DNA of 64,000 nucleotides from Takakia lepidozioides (lineage: Eukaryota; Plantae; Bryophyta). The DNA lies in NCBI GenBank assembly GCA_030704615.1, contig CM060734.1:4278001-4342000 (forward strand), read 5' to 3'. How positions within the stretch are numbered: position 1 is the stretch's first letter; the number at the start of each line of letters is the position of its first letter. The notes beneath the pieces were generated by a model. It was not told the DNA's origin. It worked only from the letters and a program-made list of their open reading frames with translations, and did not search any database. Made by a program: the position numbers and the translations under genes. Positions 26,123 through 37,752 of this stretch are shown one piece after another.

Positions 26123-26512
26123 GAGCCTCCAATGGAAATTGAAGGCTGGTCCCATCCACATATATCGACCAAGCCTTGCCTCCGCACACTACCAGCTGCT
26201 GATTGCTCTCTCCAATTAGGCTCTATGGAGCCTCCAATGGAGGTTGAAGAGTGGTCCCATCCAAATGTGCGTCACGTCGGATGTCACGTGCTAGTGGTGG
26301 ATGATTTGAAGCGCTTCCTGCCTTCGATGTGGTCAGCCATTGTTCAAAGCTTATCTGTACACACAGTTGCATTTCACTTCTCAGTGCTACGACAACTCTA
26401 CCCAGATGGCATGAAGGTGCTATCTCTATTTTCGGGCATTGGGGGTACTAGAGATAGCCCTCCACATATTAGTGCTTGACGAGGCCAAGGAGGATACAGA
26501 TCAGATGTAGGG
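26123..26512 (+). pseudogene. Second copy of segment B with the DRM motif X/I fragment (26348-26446)
   Basis: Direct copy of 12307-12684; same KVLSLFSGIGG peptide. Confidence 0.9.
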
Positions 26513-27238
26513 TGTCGCGGCCCTTTGCCTTGAGGGCAAGGGGTCGGGACACAAGAGGGGCTGCCCCTGTGGTGGGGGCAGTGGCAGCGAGAGGTATGGG
26601 GGGCTGAAGCACCCTTAAGTGCCCAAGGCACTCAAGGAGGCGGAGGCGCTCACTAGGTGGAGCCCCGCACACCGGGTTGCGGTGGGGGTGGCTCCACAAG
26701 GGGTGGTGGTAGCTTAGCGGGACTTAGTGGGGGTGGCATAGAACTCACCCTGGGGCGGAGACCTCGTGGTGGGAGTCGTGGGGAGTCTTGGGACTCATCA
26801 CGGTCCATTGGGGCCGTGGTGGGTGGGCCAAGACTCACCGCGACTCATCACCGGGAGTCGAGGGTGTTCGTGGTGGTTCGCCATAAAATGGCATGGTTGT
26901 TTGTGAAACCCCCGCGGACAGCTACAGAAGTATATATAGGGAGTAGTAACCCCGAGAACGGTGCAAGCCCGTTGGTGACCAAAAACTAGTGAGTAAGCGA
27001 GCGAGCCGGAAAGCGACCAAAGAGTGGGGAGCTGTTCTAGACTGTCAACTACCAAAGGGAATTCCGCTGGTTCCAAATCGTTGGAGGGTTCTTTGGGAGA
27101 TCAAAGGGGGACCGTTATGCCCCGGTGAGCAGCCGAAGCTCCAAGTTGGCCCGGCGGCCAGGTTGGGAGTTAGGCGCGCGCATCAAGTGAGTAACTATGA
27201 CTTAAGGGGGGGAGTTTACCGAAGTGAGGTGCGCGACA
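26513..27238 (+). mobile_element. 5' LTR of the same chromovirus; PBS for tRNA-iMet at 27241-27252
   Basis: TGTCGCGG...GCGCGACA, preceded by TSD TAGGG and followed by TGGTATCAGAGC. Confidence 0.95.
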
Positions 27239-27239
27239 C

Positions 27240-29090
27240 TTGGTATCAGAGCTTAGAGTTCAGTATGCGATCGTCCTTGGGATTGGCCTCATCATGGGGT
27301 TGGGCAAGCCAAAGCGAAAGCGGAACGGCCCAAAAGATGATGATCCTGGTGAGCCCGATGGGGGCGACGTGTCACCGAGGTGGCCGTTTGAGGAAGCGAT
27401 ACATGTTTCCGAAAACGAGGCCGCTCAAGAGCGGGAGGAATCTGAGGAGTCGGAGCCTGAGGAATCCCTGAGAGCTCCGACCGACCAACAGATGTCTCCC
27501 ATGCCGGCAGCCTTTTGGGAAGGGTTGTTGGCGCAATTTGGCGGGACGTTGAAAGACGTGTTGAAGGCGGCTAATGCCACTTCCACTAAGGCAAAGTTTA
27601 AGGTGAAGCCTAAGGAACCCGACACCTTCGAGGGCGTCCAAAATCGGAAGGCACTCAACACCTGGCTCTTGGAGCTAGAGCTGTACTTCCGGGCGGCCAA
27701 GTTGAGTGACGAGGATCGGGTGGAAGTGGCTGAGGGACTATGCTCAACAATGGTGGCAGAAACGCCTTCACGACCGAGGTCCAAGCCCGGAAACCTTGAA
27801 CTGGAGTGGGTTCAAGGAATTGATGAAGAGGCAGTTTGTGCCCCTCAACGCATCCTGGCTCGCCCGGGACAAGATGAGGAATTTGAAGCAAACAGATGAC
27901 ATTCGGGGATATGTCCAGGCTTTCAATATGTTGTTGCTCGAAGTCGCGGACATGGCAGAACCAGAAATGGTCTTCAACTTTGTGGCGAGACTGGCCCCAT
28001 GGGCCAGGCGGAAGTTGGAGGAGAAGCCACCTAAGACTTTGAACGAGGCAATTGAGAGGGCTGAATGTTTCTCGGATGTCCCTAAGGGTGAAAGACAAGG
28101 CCGTACGGAGCTGAACGTGGAAATCGAAGGGAGGGCCTTCACAAGTCAAGACAGCACCCGGTGCTTCGAAAGGAAAAGCGGGTGGAGCGGCCTATGGCGG
28201 ACAGAAGGCGACCTTTGATGGAGTGTGTTTCAATTGCGGGGAGCCTGGGCACATGGCCAAGAAGTGCACGAAGCCCCGGCAATTGAACATGACTCGGGCG
28301 ACCACAGAGCTGTCGGAAGATATCATCAGTCGCTTGGTGGAAGCAGTGGTCGCCAGGACTTGCAAGGTAGGCAAATTTTCTTGTGAGTTGTATCAGGAAA
28401 CTGGCACCTTACGTAAAGTGAGTCAGTTATTGTTCGTGGATGGGATAATATCCGGAACTAACGTGTCGTTGTTGGTGGACACAGGAGCGTCGCACTCCTT
28501 CATGACACCGGTAACGGCGCAAAAGCTGGGACTCCCGACAAGTGACGTGGGGGCCTCTATTGAGGTGCGTTTTGCCAAAGGAGAACCGCAGTTGGCGACA
28601 AGGTTGGCGTTTGATGTTCCTCTTCAACTGGGGAGGAGGGACGTGAGAACTTCACCATCTGCGAGATCGATGGAGTGGATCTCATTTTGGGGATGTCCTT
28701 TTTGAGCAAATCCGGAGCGGTCATAGATGGCCGCAAGAGAGTAGTCACGCTGTCATGTGGGAATGGTGGCGAGGTCTTTCGAGTATCGAAAACGCCCAAA
28801 TCCGTGGGAGGGCGAATAAACCTTCTGTCAGCAAGGGAGTGGGCCGTGGAGGAGGCACACGAGCCCCAGTTTTTGCTCTACATTAGAGAAGTGAAGAGAG
28901 AAGGCGATGGGGAGCCGAGCCCAGATTGGATCAAGGGGATTTTGGAGAAATACGAGGATGTGATGCCGGAGGATTTACCAAGTGGCTTGCCACCGCGAAG
29001 AGGAGTTGACCACAAGATTGAGGTGATACCGGGATCGGAACCGCCTGCCAAGGCGCCCTACCGGTTGAGCCACAGAGAGTTGGTCGAGCT
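27240..29090 (+). mobile_element. 5' half of the chromovirus: gag (CCHC knuckle), aspartic protease and the start of pol
   Basis: KEPDTFEG..WLLELELYF, LKQTDDIRGY, CFNCGEPGHMAKKC, LLVDTGASHSF, DLILGM, LPPRRGVDHKIE, APYRLSHRELVEL. Confidence 0.95.
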
Positions 29091-31154
29091 ATACATCACC
29101 AGCCAAGTCAAGGAGCCCTTCGCCGTCGTTAGTGTCAACCATGGCACATATCCCAGGACCTCCTGAGGCAAGAATATAGAGTCATGCGTTTTCCATGTTA
29201 CCTCTTATCTTGTCAACAAGCTCTTGTAAAGAAGTAGAGACCAAGGAAGGATCTCCGTGCGATGTAGTTTTATCTTTGGTTAAAAAGCTACAGTCTCTGT
29301 TTCCCAAGTCAAGAGAAAATATGGACAAAACATTCATATAGCTGGGCACGCAAGAGTTCAGAAATTACAGGTGTTCTTCAACCGATGGCAGTAAATTACT
29401 ACACATTTTTCCACCATATCAGCCAACTTTATGGTTAGAACCGTTTTTCCAAAGGTATGAATAAGAACTTGTGTTCTCAGCCAGTGGCAGTAGTCTATTG
29501 CCCGTGACTCACAACATGAACAAGTGAATAAGAACATTGGCAGCAATCTGCTGCCCATCTTTTCACCATATCAGCCAGCTTTATGGTTTTAAAACCAGAT
29601 TTCCTTAAGGTATGGAAAAAAAACATATCACGTTACACCTGGGCATTTTTTTAGTGGTGCTATAAAGAGCAAACCCACATCCAGGAGAAGTATTAAAGCC
29701 CACGAGTAGGGAAGGCTTTTCATCATAAGGGATCTGATGCTGACATAAGGCATCGACTACAGGTTACCAGTTAACAGGAGTAATGTGCATTGACCGGATC
29801 ATGTAGAAGGTGTACACAGGCCTAGCTCATAATATCAGTATGCAAGAAACCCTTAGATGTTCTTCAAGTACTATCAGCGATGTCTTTCTCTCGTTGTCCA
29901 ATCCGCCAACAAATTTTTGTTGGAGAGGATCATCATACCTTATGAGGTATTTGTTGCTCCACACTATTGTTATGGAGGTATAGGGGGCTGATACCCCATG
30001 GCTTTCTTAGACCTATGCAAAAGCCATTAAAGGTGTTAGTACATCATAATAAGAAAATTGGAAAATGGCAGGTGAGAGAGAGAGAGTGTGTGTACAGAAA
30101 CCACTAAGTACACTGGTCAAGAATAGAGAGGGAAGATACTATATCTTGTCGGGACATGGACAAGACCAAACAAGGTCTTTGTCAAATTAACGACAAATCA
30201 GCCTCATAACAAGGCACTATCTAACTTCACCTTCCATAGGTAGTATCTTATCTGATAAAAACTCATGTCATCTTCCTGAAAACACATGAAAAATTAGGGT
30301 GGGAGGGTGGGATTTCCAAGACAACCATCACCCTAGATTCAGATGTCATTCATCATTGACGGAATCTTGTTTTTCTTATAAAACAATCGGGACCAACACC
30401 ACCTTTGGTACATACCAGATCAGCATAAACACTTGAGCCTTTAAGAATGAGTTGCAGGTGTTGCAATTCCAAGAGCCCGGCCTGATAATGTAGACCAGCC
30501 AACATGTTATGTCTATGTTCCATGAATGCACAAAGGTCTGGATCTGGTTTTCCAATCATCTCTCCAAAACTCAATCAGAGTGGAGTGCTACAATGAGCAT
30601 AATCAGAACTTTATAGACAACACCAGCTCAAAGGGTATTCCAAAAGGCTAGTTTGATAAGTTAAACCAGCCCCTATGTATTTTGAAAAAGCCCAACAAGA
30701 CCACTATTTGGTATTCTTCCAAGTCAAGTATTGATTGGTACTTTCCAAGTCAATATAGTAAAATTGAACCTATTTCAAATTCAAAGGATGGTTCCAATGG
30801 CATCGTTTGGCAACCTTAAAACAGGTGTTATGTAATCTGAAAAGCCCATCACGCCAGCTGCTTGGTAACATATAGGTTAAAACAATGTAACCAGGGCTGT
30901 TTTAAATTTAGAACTGTGACCTCAATGTTCAAAAAGTACTGCTTGGTACTTACCGTGTTAAATCAGCATAAGAAGGCCTATCCTAAGCATCGTTGGGCAA
31001 TGGTAGGACGTACACTTGTTTGCAAATACGGTTAAAGTTGGGCCCACACGCACAGCGGCCGTGTCATTTAGAATTCCATTAAATGATTGCATGCTGACAG
31101 ACTGCCACCCTGCATGGATAATATTCATCCCAACGATAAGCTAACAGAGTTGGG

Positions 31155-32264
31155 AATTCCGCGCGGAACTCCCATTTTCGACTCTCGAAACGGATGAAAA
31201 AGTGTAAACCACTTTTCGAACAACTGAGCTGCGAGTACAGCGGAATGTTGTACACTTTATTGTGTATACCGTTGCACTGTCGCACATCCTGACAGCCGCC
31301 GTCACACACAAACTGAACGGTACTGTCGCCTGCCCCACTTACAACTGTATATAATTATTGCGAACTGTCAAGTTCCATGGATGACATCCATGCCAACGAA
31401 ATCATTATGCCAGTTCGCAATTCCGCGCGGAACTGCCATTTATGAATCTCCAAAACGGATGAAAAACGTACTCTGTCCAAACCATTTTGACCAACTCAAA
31501 ACGTGCATGGATAATATCCATGCCATCCAGTTGCACTGAGTGCTTGCAATTCCGCGATGATCTCCGAACGAGACGCATTGCTGGTTCGTAATTCCGCACG
31601 GAACTGCCATATCTTCATATTGCAAACGAGGGCAGAACCCACACATTAAACCCCTACAATCGTCGCACATCGGTTATCAAAATAACATGCTGGCGGGATG
31701 TTGTCTAGCATGTATAGGTGGGCGGTTCATAATTCCGCGCGGAACTGCGGGTGCAGTGCAGCTTCTACAAAAAGAACAGGCCGATAAAGACTGCTGTAGG
31801 AGTCAAAATGCATGTGGGAGTGTCGTGCTCTGTTCCACCTCCTCCAATGACCATGCCTATGGAATATTCCCAGATAATCGAATATGCTCGATTTATTATT
31901 ATTATGCTCGAATATGCTCGAATATTCGATAATGTGTTTTTTCGCAAGCGAATATTGTCGAGTATACGACGGAATATTCTATCCCCATCATCGCGGGGGA
32001 TCTGCTGTGTGCCAATCCTTCCTATGGATGGTGGACAGTTCCGTGCGAAATTGTTGTCCGCTTTATTTCCCTGTCACGCCATATTATTTGTTGCGTTTTT
32101 AATTCCGCGTGATACTGTCGTCTGCTCTATGTCTCAGTCAGGCCATATTATCTGTTGAGTTTTTAATTCCACGCGGAATTGCGGGATGAGGGTGATTTGC
32201 TTGGAATAAGCAGAGGGTCGCGGACTGCTGTGGAGCTGGCAAGACAACAGTTCCGCACGGAACC
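31155..32264. repeat. Array of 16-bp palindromes, consensus AATTCCGCGCGGAACT
   Basis: Copies at 31155, 31419, 31590, 31731, 32037 (reverse), 32165 and 32249. Degenerate copies at 31548 and 32101; another at 33562. Confidence 0.9.
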
Positions 32265-32777
32265 GCCGTGTGCTGCACCCAGCGTATAATACTGGTCTAG
32301 TTTCAAAAAACAAAGAATGGAGTGATTTGCGGGCGCGCGGATTCGGTTCATCGGTCAATCGTTTATCGTGACGCCATCCGTATGCGGCGTCCCTTTCTGG
32401 ACAATAATTTACCGTTGGAAGTTCCTGCATGGTGGACATATGTTTCACACGTGTCGTTGTGCCAGGCCTGTGGAATTGGATGACGCATGACATCTGTTTG
32501 GTAGGGTGGATGAATTCGGAACGGTTTGAATTTTCCCACGACACCGCCCACTCGCTCGCCATTTCCAATTCTTTCGCCTGCGCCCGGCCAAGGTCACCTC
32601 TCTCTCACAGTCTCCTCTTCTTCTCTCCATTCTTATCTCTGATTCACTGTTTTCTGCTCCCTGGCTCCCCTCGCCGGATCTCAGCGCAGTCGCAGTACGG
32701 GTGATTCACCACCCCGGACACACGGCGGAGGTTCTCCTTCGCTACGCAGAAGAGAGGAGGTTCATCGCGAAGAGTCT

Positions 32778-33870
32778 TTGTTGTCGTCGTCGGAGGAGGA
32801 GCTCATGAAGGAGGGGGAGAGAACGCCGCCGGCTGCAACTCCTGGGCCCTCTTCGTTGGCGGACATAGGGGCTTCCTCCACTGGTAATCCCTTGTATCGG
32901 CCATCCCTGATGAGGAAGTGGGAGGTAGAGAAGACATCGGTGGCTGATATACCATTGACAGAGAGCATGAAGGATGAGGTGGAGAGGGCACTGGAGGAAT
33001 CCGCACAGAACCACACATTCTCCTCTTTCAGGCACCTCCTGTACAAGTCCGAGCCTCCATTAGTTCCATTGTGCCGCATGAAGCCCTTGCCTGCCATAAT
33101 GGTCCCTGAAAAGTCTGGAATAGCTCACATGCGGACATTTTTGAGGTGGATGGATACAATCCCACTCTTGCAGGGTTTCTCCTGGCCACTGTGAATGACA
33201 AAGGCCACGAGATGGACGTAACAGAGACGGACATGGCTTCGTGGGACTCCTCATGGAAGATTGTGAATGCGGAGTTCGAAGCAGAGTTGGAGAAAGACCC
33301 CAAATGGCATTGGCTGAGGGGCAAGTTCATGTTCATCTGTGATGGTAACCACAGACATTGTGCTTGGAATGAAGTCATCAGCGCCAAGCACAAGAATGAC
33401 ATCGACTGGCATGTCCGTGTTCGATCATTTATGATGGACGTGAGGCCTTCCGACATGGGGATCATTAGGCGAGCCATGAAGGAACGTGTAGGTTTGCTTG
33501 ACTCCTATCCTCTTTCTCGTTTTTGTTCTTGCAATGCCGCTGTCTGGAAAATAGAATCTGCAATTCCGGACGGAACTGCGCCCAGCAGGTCTTGCAATGT
33601 GACATTTTGGGGGCGCTTCATTGCCGATCCAAGTTCTTTGTCTGTTATTCGGGAGTACAGGGATCTCTTGTGCGTAGGCTGCGAGTGCAATTCGGCGTAG
33701 AACTGCAGGCGCTCATTGTCATCCTCCTCCTAATACCAACAGTGTAAATCTTGTTGCAGGGTGACGCAGAAAGGCAGAGTGGGGACAAGTCTGAACCAGC
33801 AACTGTACTACTACAAGAAGACACAGCAAACACCTCTGGAGAACTTAAAAGGTGGACGCGCTGCCGAAGC
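32778..33870 (+). pseudogene. ParB/sulfiredoxin-fold-like protein gene (DGNHR motif), frameshifted and truncated
   Basis: PLVPLCRMKP...[frameshift ~33146]...DGYNP...FMFICDGNHRHCAW...WHVRV. GT-AG intron ~33488-33759. The next exon ends at a SINE. Confidence 0.6.
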
Positions 33871-33871
33871 A

Positions 33872-34020
33872 AGCGTAACTTATGGTGTCACTCGACCCCA
33901 TAGGGCTACTGCCTTCCGGTGGGAAGGTAGACACCGTGATGACTTTCAACATGTGGATTGAACCCACAACCATTCGTGAGAAGGTATGTGCCCTTACCAC
34001 TGGGCTACATGCTGGTTGTC
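33872..34020 (-). mobile_element. tRNA-derived SINE
   Basis: Minus strand has A box TAGCCCAGTGG and B box GGTTCAATCC; homologous to 35182-35333. Confidence 0.75.
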
Positions 34021-35181
34021 TCTGGAGAACTTCGATCTTCCTGTATATGTTAAGCCTCTGGCTGAGAGGCATGCAGGTTTGGAGGAGGCTGCAATAGATA
34101 GTTTGTCATTTTGGCCTATGGAAAAGAAGGGCAAAAAGACTACATAGAGTGAAGCGGGCATACATAGAAGCGGAAGCAGTAGAAGATAACGAGGGATGTG
34201 AGGACAATGTAGAGGCTGAGGAGGGGGGAAGACAGTTTATTTGGGGATACCTGTTGATGGATTAGTAGATTTCTAGCATTGCAGGCTAAGTTCGGATGGA
34301 GGCGGACCTCTTTGTCATCGTAATTTATACATGGAGTCATCTCAGTTCTGTGCCGAACTGAGTTGGGCCTGCATACCTCGTGTTGCTTTCGCTGTGCAAT
34401 GTGCTAATTGCGATGTGTTGCTAAAGTAACTTCTGATAATCAATCAGCGGGTCACTTGGTTAGTTGGAAAAGGCGCTTGAAAAAAAAATTAAAGTGACCA
34501 ATGGGAACGTAGAACCATAGTGTTGTCCCTTGAAAGATAAGGACGAAAAAGATTAAGGACGACGAGACACCAAGGCAATAAGGACACAGAGGACTCAAGA
34601 ACAGATATCATAATAAAAGTAAAAAAGAAGAAGAAGATGAGGGGATGTAGCATTTGCGCAACAAATAAACAATTATGTATGGAATAAAATTAAGAATGTC
34701 CTCAAAATATGGGTTAACAGTACCAAATGCCGATCATATCACATATTTAGTATCATCCAACTACGTAATTATAAGCAAAAGAATATTTTCCTGAATATAT
34801 AGACAGTCATTATCGAATATCATAAGATAATATTCTCTAATATAGCGGTTAAGTAACAGTAAAGTAAGAAATACACGATCCTAATTACATACAACTACAA
34901 ATATATAGTTATAATGTAATTACAGCAGCCTGTAATGATATCCTAAATTCTGCGAGATTCAATATCTACAATATTATGCAAAATATTCTTTCATCTGATG
35001 AAAGTTCTCCTATAGCAAAACATACACCTTTCTACTTAGACAATATATAGATATAATATTAATATGTAAATACAGAAAATATAATAATATTATGTTGTAT
35101 GTTATATATAAAATAATTACGACATTTCTATATATTTTTAATCTAGTAAACTGCATATATGATTATTTTTGTCACTGTATC

Positions 35182-35333
35182 GAGCGTAACTTATGGTGTC
35201 ACTTGACCCCGAAGGACTACTGCCTTCTAGCAGAAAGGTGGACACTTTCATGACACACCAGACGGTGGTTCGAACCCACAACCACATCCAACGTGGTATG
35301 TGCCCATTACCACTGGGCTACATGCTGGTTGTC
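35182..35333 (-). mobile_element. tRNA-derived SINE (same family; partial third copy at 41325-41385)
   Basis: Minus strand has TAGCCCAGTGG ... GGTTCGAACC followed by a shared non-tRNA body. Confidence 0.75.
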
Positions 35334-35561
35334 GAGTGTTTGAAATTGAAAGTTTTGGTGCAAGGAGCAATTTAACTTATGAGTTGATGTCCACCATAGC
35401 AGCTATGAGAAGACTGCAATCCTTCGGCCCCGCCACTTTGAGCGCGCCTGAATACTCCAACAGCTTAAAGTCTCCCAACGCACTCCTGCTCGACCCTCCC
35501 AGGACTCCTCTCACTAGTCGTTACCCCCTCTCACCCAACCAGCCCTGACCATCCCGAGGCC

Positions 35562-35670
35562 TTCATCATTGAGGCCATCCTTGGCATCAAAACCCAAACC
35601 TCACTCGACGCATTTGGCGCTACTAGTGTTGATACATACTACTTTTGTAAATGGGCAGGCTTTTCTACAT
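35562..35670 (+). pseudogene. Chromodomain-like fragment
   Basis: Manual translation gives FIIEAILGIK...TYYFCKWAGFST*. Confidence 0.4.
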
Positions 35671-37495
35671 AAGACTTGTAGCACGTGGCAAATCGAAGAA
35701 GTTTGGGACCCACGAAGACGGTGACCCCGCCCATAACCGTGCTCTTCTAATCAGATTCCACAAACAAACTAACACCAAATGTCTAGCACAGATCCGCTGG
35801 TCAATACCACTCTTCTCGAACCCAATTAATAGACGTCCGTTACATCCGCACCTCCCTAGCTGCCCCAAATCTGTATATACAAACCACTGAATGTAACCCA
35901 GACAAAGACATTGCGCACAATTCCCCCATCATATGCCCTAGTCCTAGTATGTCCAACATATACACACTCTGCTCTAGATCTTTGATGAATGGCGGCGTCT
36001 TGGTAGAACAAGGAAGTCTCTCTCCCTCCCTTTATAAACCCTACCTTTTGAGACCAAGCTCTTTTTTCTTGTGCTTGGCAAGACTTTGCTTTGGTTAGGG
36101 TAGCAGTGTTGTGGTGCTGGCGGAGTCCTCCCTGCACGGTTAGGCTTGTGGAGAGATGGCGACTCTCCCCCAAACAGTAAAAAAGGTGTTTTTTGTTTGT
36201 TTGTTTTGCTTCCCTGCTTTCTTTGGCATTCTCTGCGCTTAGATTGAAGTGTATTTGACCTCGATAGCAAGTGTGGAAGCCTGCTACTCACCTCGTGCAT
36301 CCTCACTAACTCACAATGCGTTGTGGTTGTTTTTGGGACGGGCACAGGTGAGGGCTTCCACTTAATATTTTGATGTCTAGGTGCTGCTGGATGCCAAGTG
36401 GGATTGCAGAGCAGGGGAAGGAATTGCTTGCCAGGGACTCATCTTAAAATGTTGAAAAACTAAACTACTCTATGGTTTTTCTTGATCCTACCTCTTTCCT
36501 TCCTTTATTTTTGAAGAACAAGTGTAATGCTTTCTACGATGGGCTATTTTCGGTCCAGCCAATGGAAGACCTCTGCTTTGTTGTGACAGCCGGGTTTATG
36601 ATGGCTTGTGTGAGAGACACATATCTGTTTTCCAGGCCCTAGTTTGCTTTGCTTACCTTATGGTAGTTGGAAACAATTTGAGAGGCTGCAAAGAACTGTT
36701 TGTTGCAGCTATTCGGGTACCCATGTTGGCCCCTGTTATGTTCCAACCCGGATGGCTTTGTTAGCTAGATGCTTAGGCCAGGGTATGGTGAAGATTCTGC
36801 CTGTGGATATTCGGCTGATAATGAAATATGGCAGCAATATATAACTGGTAACTGGTTGAGGCAGCCAGGGTGGTCAAGTGGAAATACCCCCTAGACATGG
36901 TGTAATGACATGGTCAAATGTGGAATGATGTGAATAGGATGTACTGACAGTATTATATACTGTCACATGATGTGTATGCAGTCCTTAATCTTTACCTTGC
37001 TTGGTCACGAACTTTGATTTTCAGCTGTAGCAAGAAATAAAGGTATAGGGGTATTCTGGAAAACTTACCAGACATATCCACCTTCCCTATGGGGGCAAGC
37101 TGTGCTGCAGACCAGTCTAAACAAATACTGGCAGGGCAAGATATTTAAATCTGTGATGTCCAAGTGTTCTTCTTGTTCTTTTTGTTTTGGAAAAAAAACC
37201 CTCCATGACACCCATGGGGTTTGAGTAAGTATGCTTGGATTACAGCTTGACTGTTGGTCAATCAGCATCGGTGGCATACTCTTTGGTTATGAATAATACT
37301 AACATGAACACATTATTGTGCATGGATGTAATTCTGGATTTTCTAAGCTTGATGATTGATGGATGGTGCCACTGTTAAGTGGCTGATATGTCTGATTATT
37401 CTTTCATGACAACGACCCTAGGGGTCCTGTCCTTGTCTTGACATGACAAAAAGTATCTTCCCTCTCTCACTGTCCAGTATGCTTAGTGATTTCTG

Positions 37496-37752
37496 CATAG
37501 TGGTAAACGGTCCACTACTCCCTCTATTGGTTAAAGCCGATGCTAACGTGGCCGTGTGATATCGTGGTTCACGGCCCACAGTTACTACACTACCCACTAC
37601 TGCTCCCGTGGTAATGTACCCTTGTCCCGCCAGTTGCTAAGTATCGCGTACTTAGCCATCTCTGCCTGTGGCCAGGTAGTGTATGTCCATCACTACCCGG
37701 TATGTCCCGTTGTGACCCTCGTTGTCCGTCCCTCGTAGCATAGCCGTTATCA
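37496..37752 (-). mobile_element. Truncated 5' LTR of the Gypsy element whose 3' LTR is at 49371-50215
   Basis: Minus strand begins TGATAACGGCTATGCTACGAGGG, as at 49371, and is preceded by TSD CTAGC. Confidence 0.9.

Noticed and set aside
29100-31000. Host gene exons (e.g. 30353-30574, minus strand)
   Set aside because: Short fragments without a recognisable family or consistent exon chain.
33872-35333. tRNA genes
   Set aside because: Only A/B boxes are present, with no convincing cloverleaf. The long shared non-tRNA body indicates a SINE.
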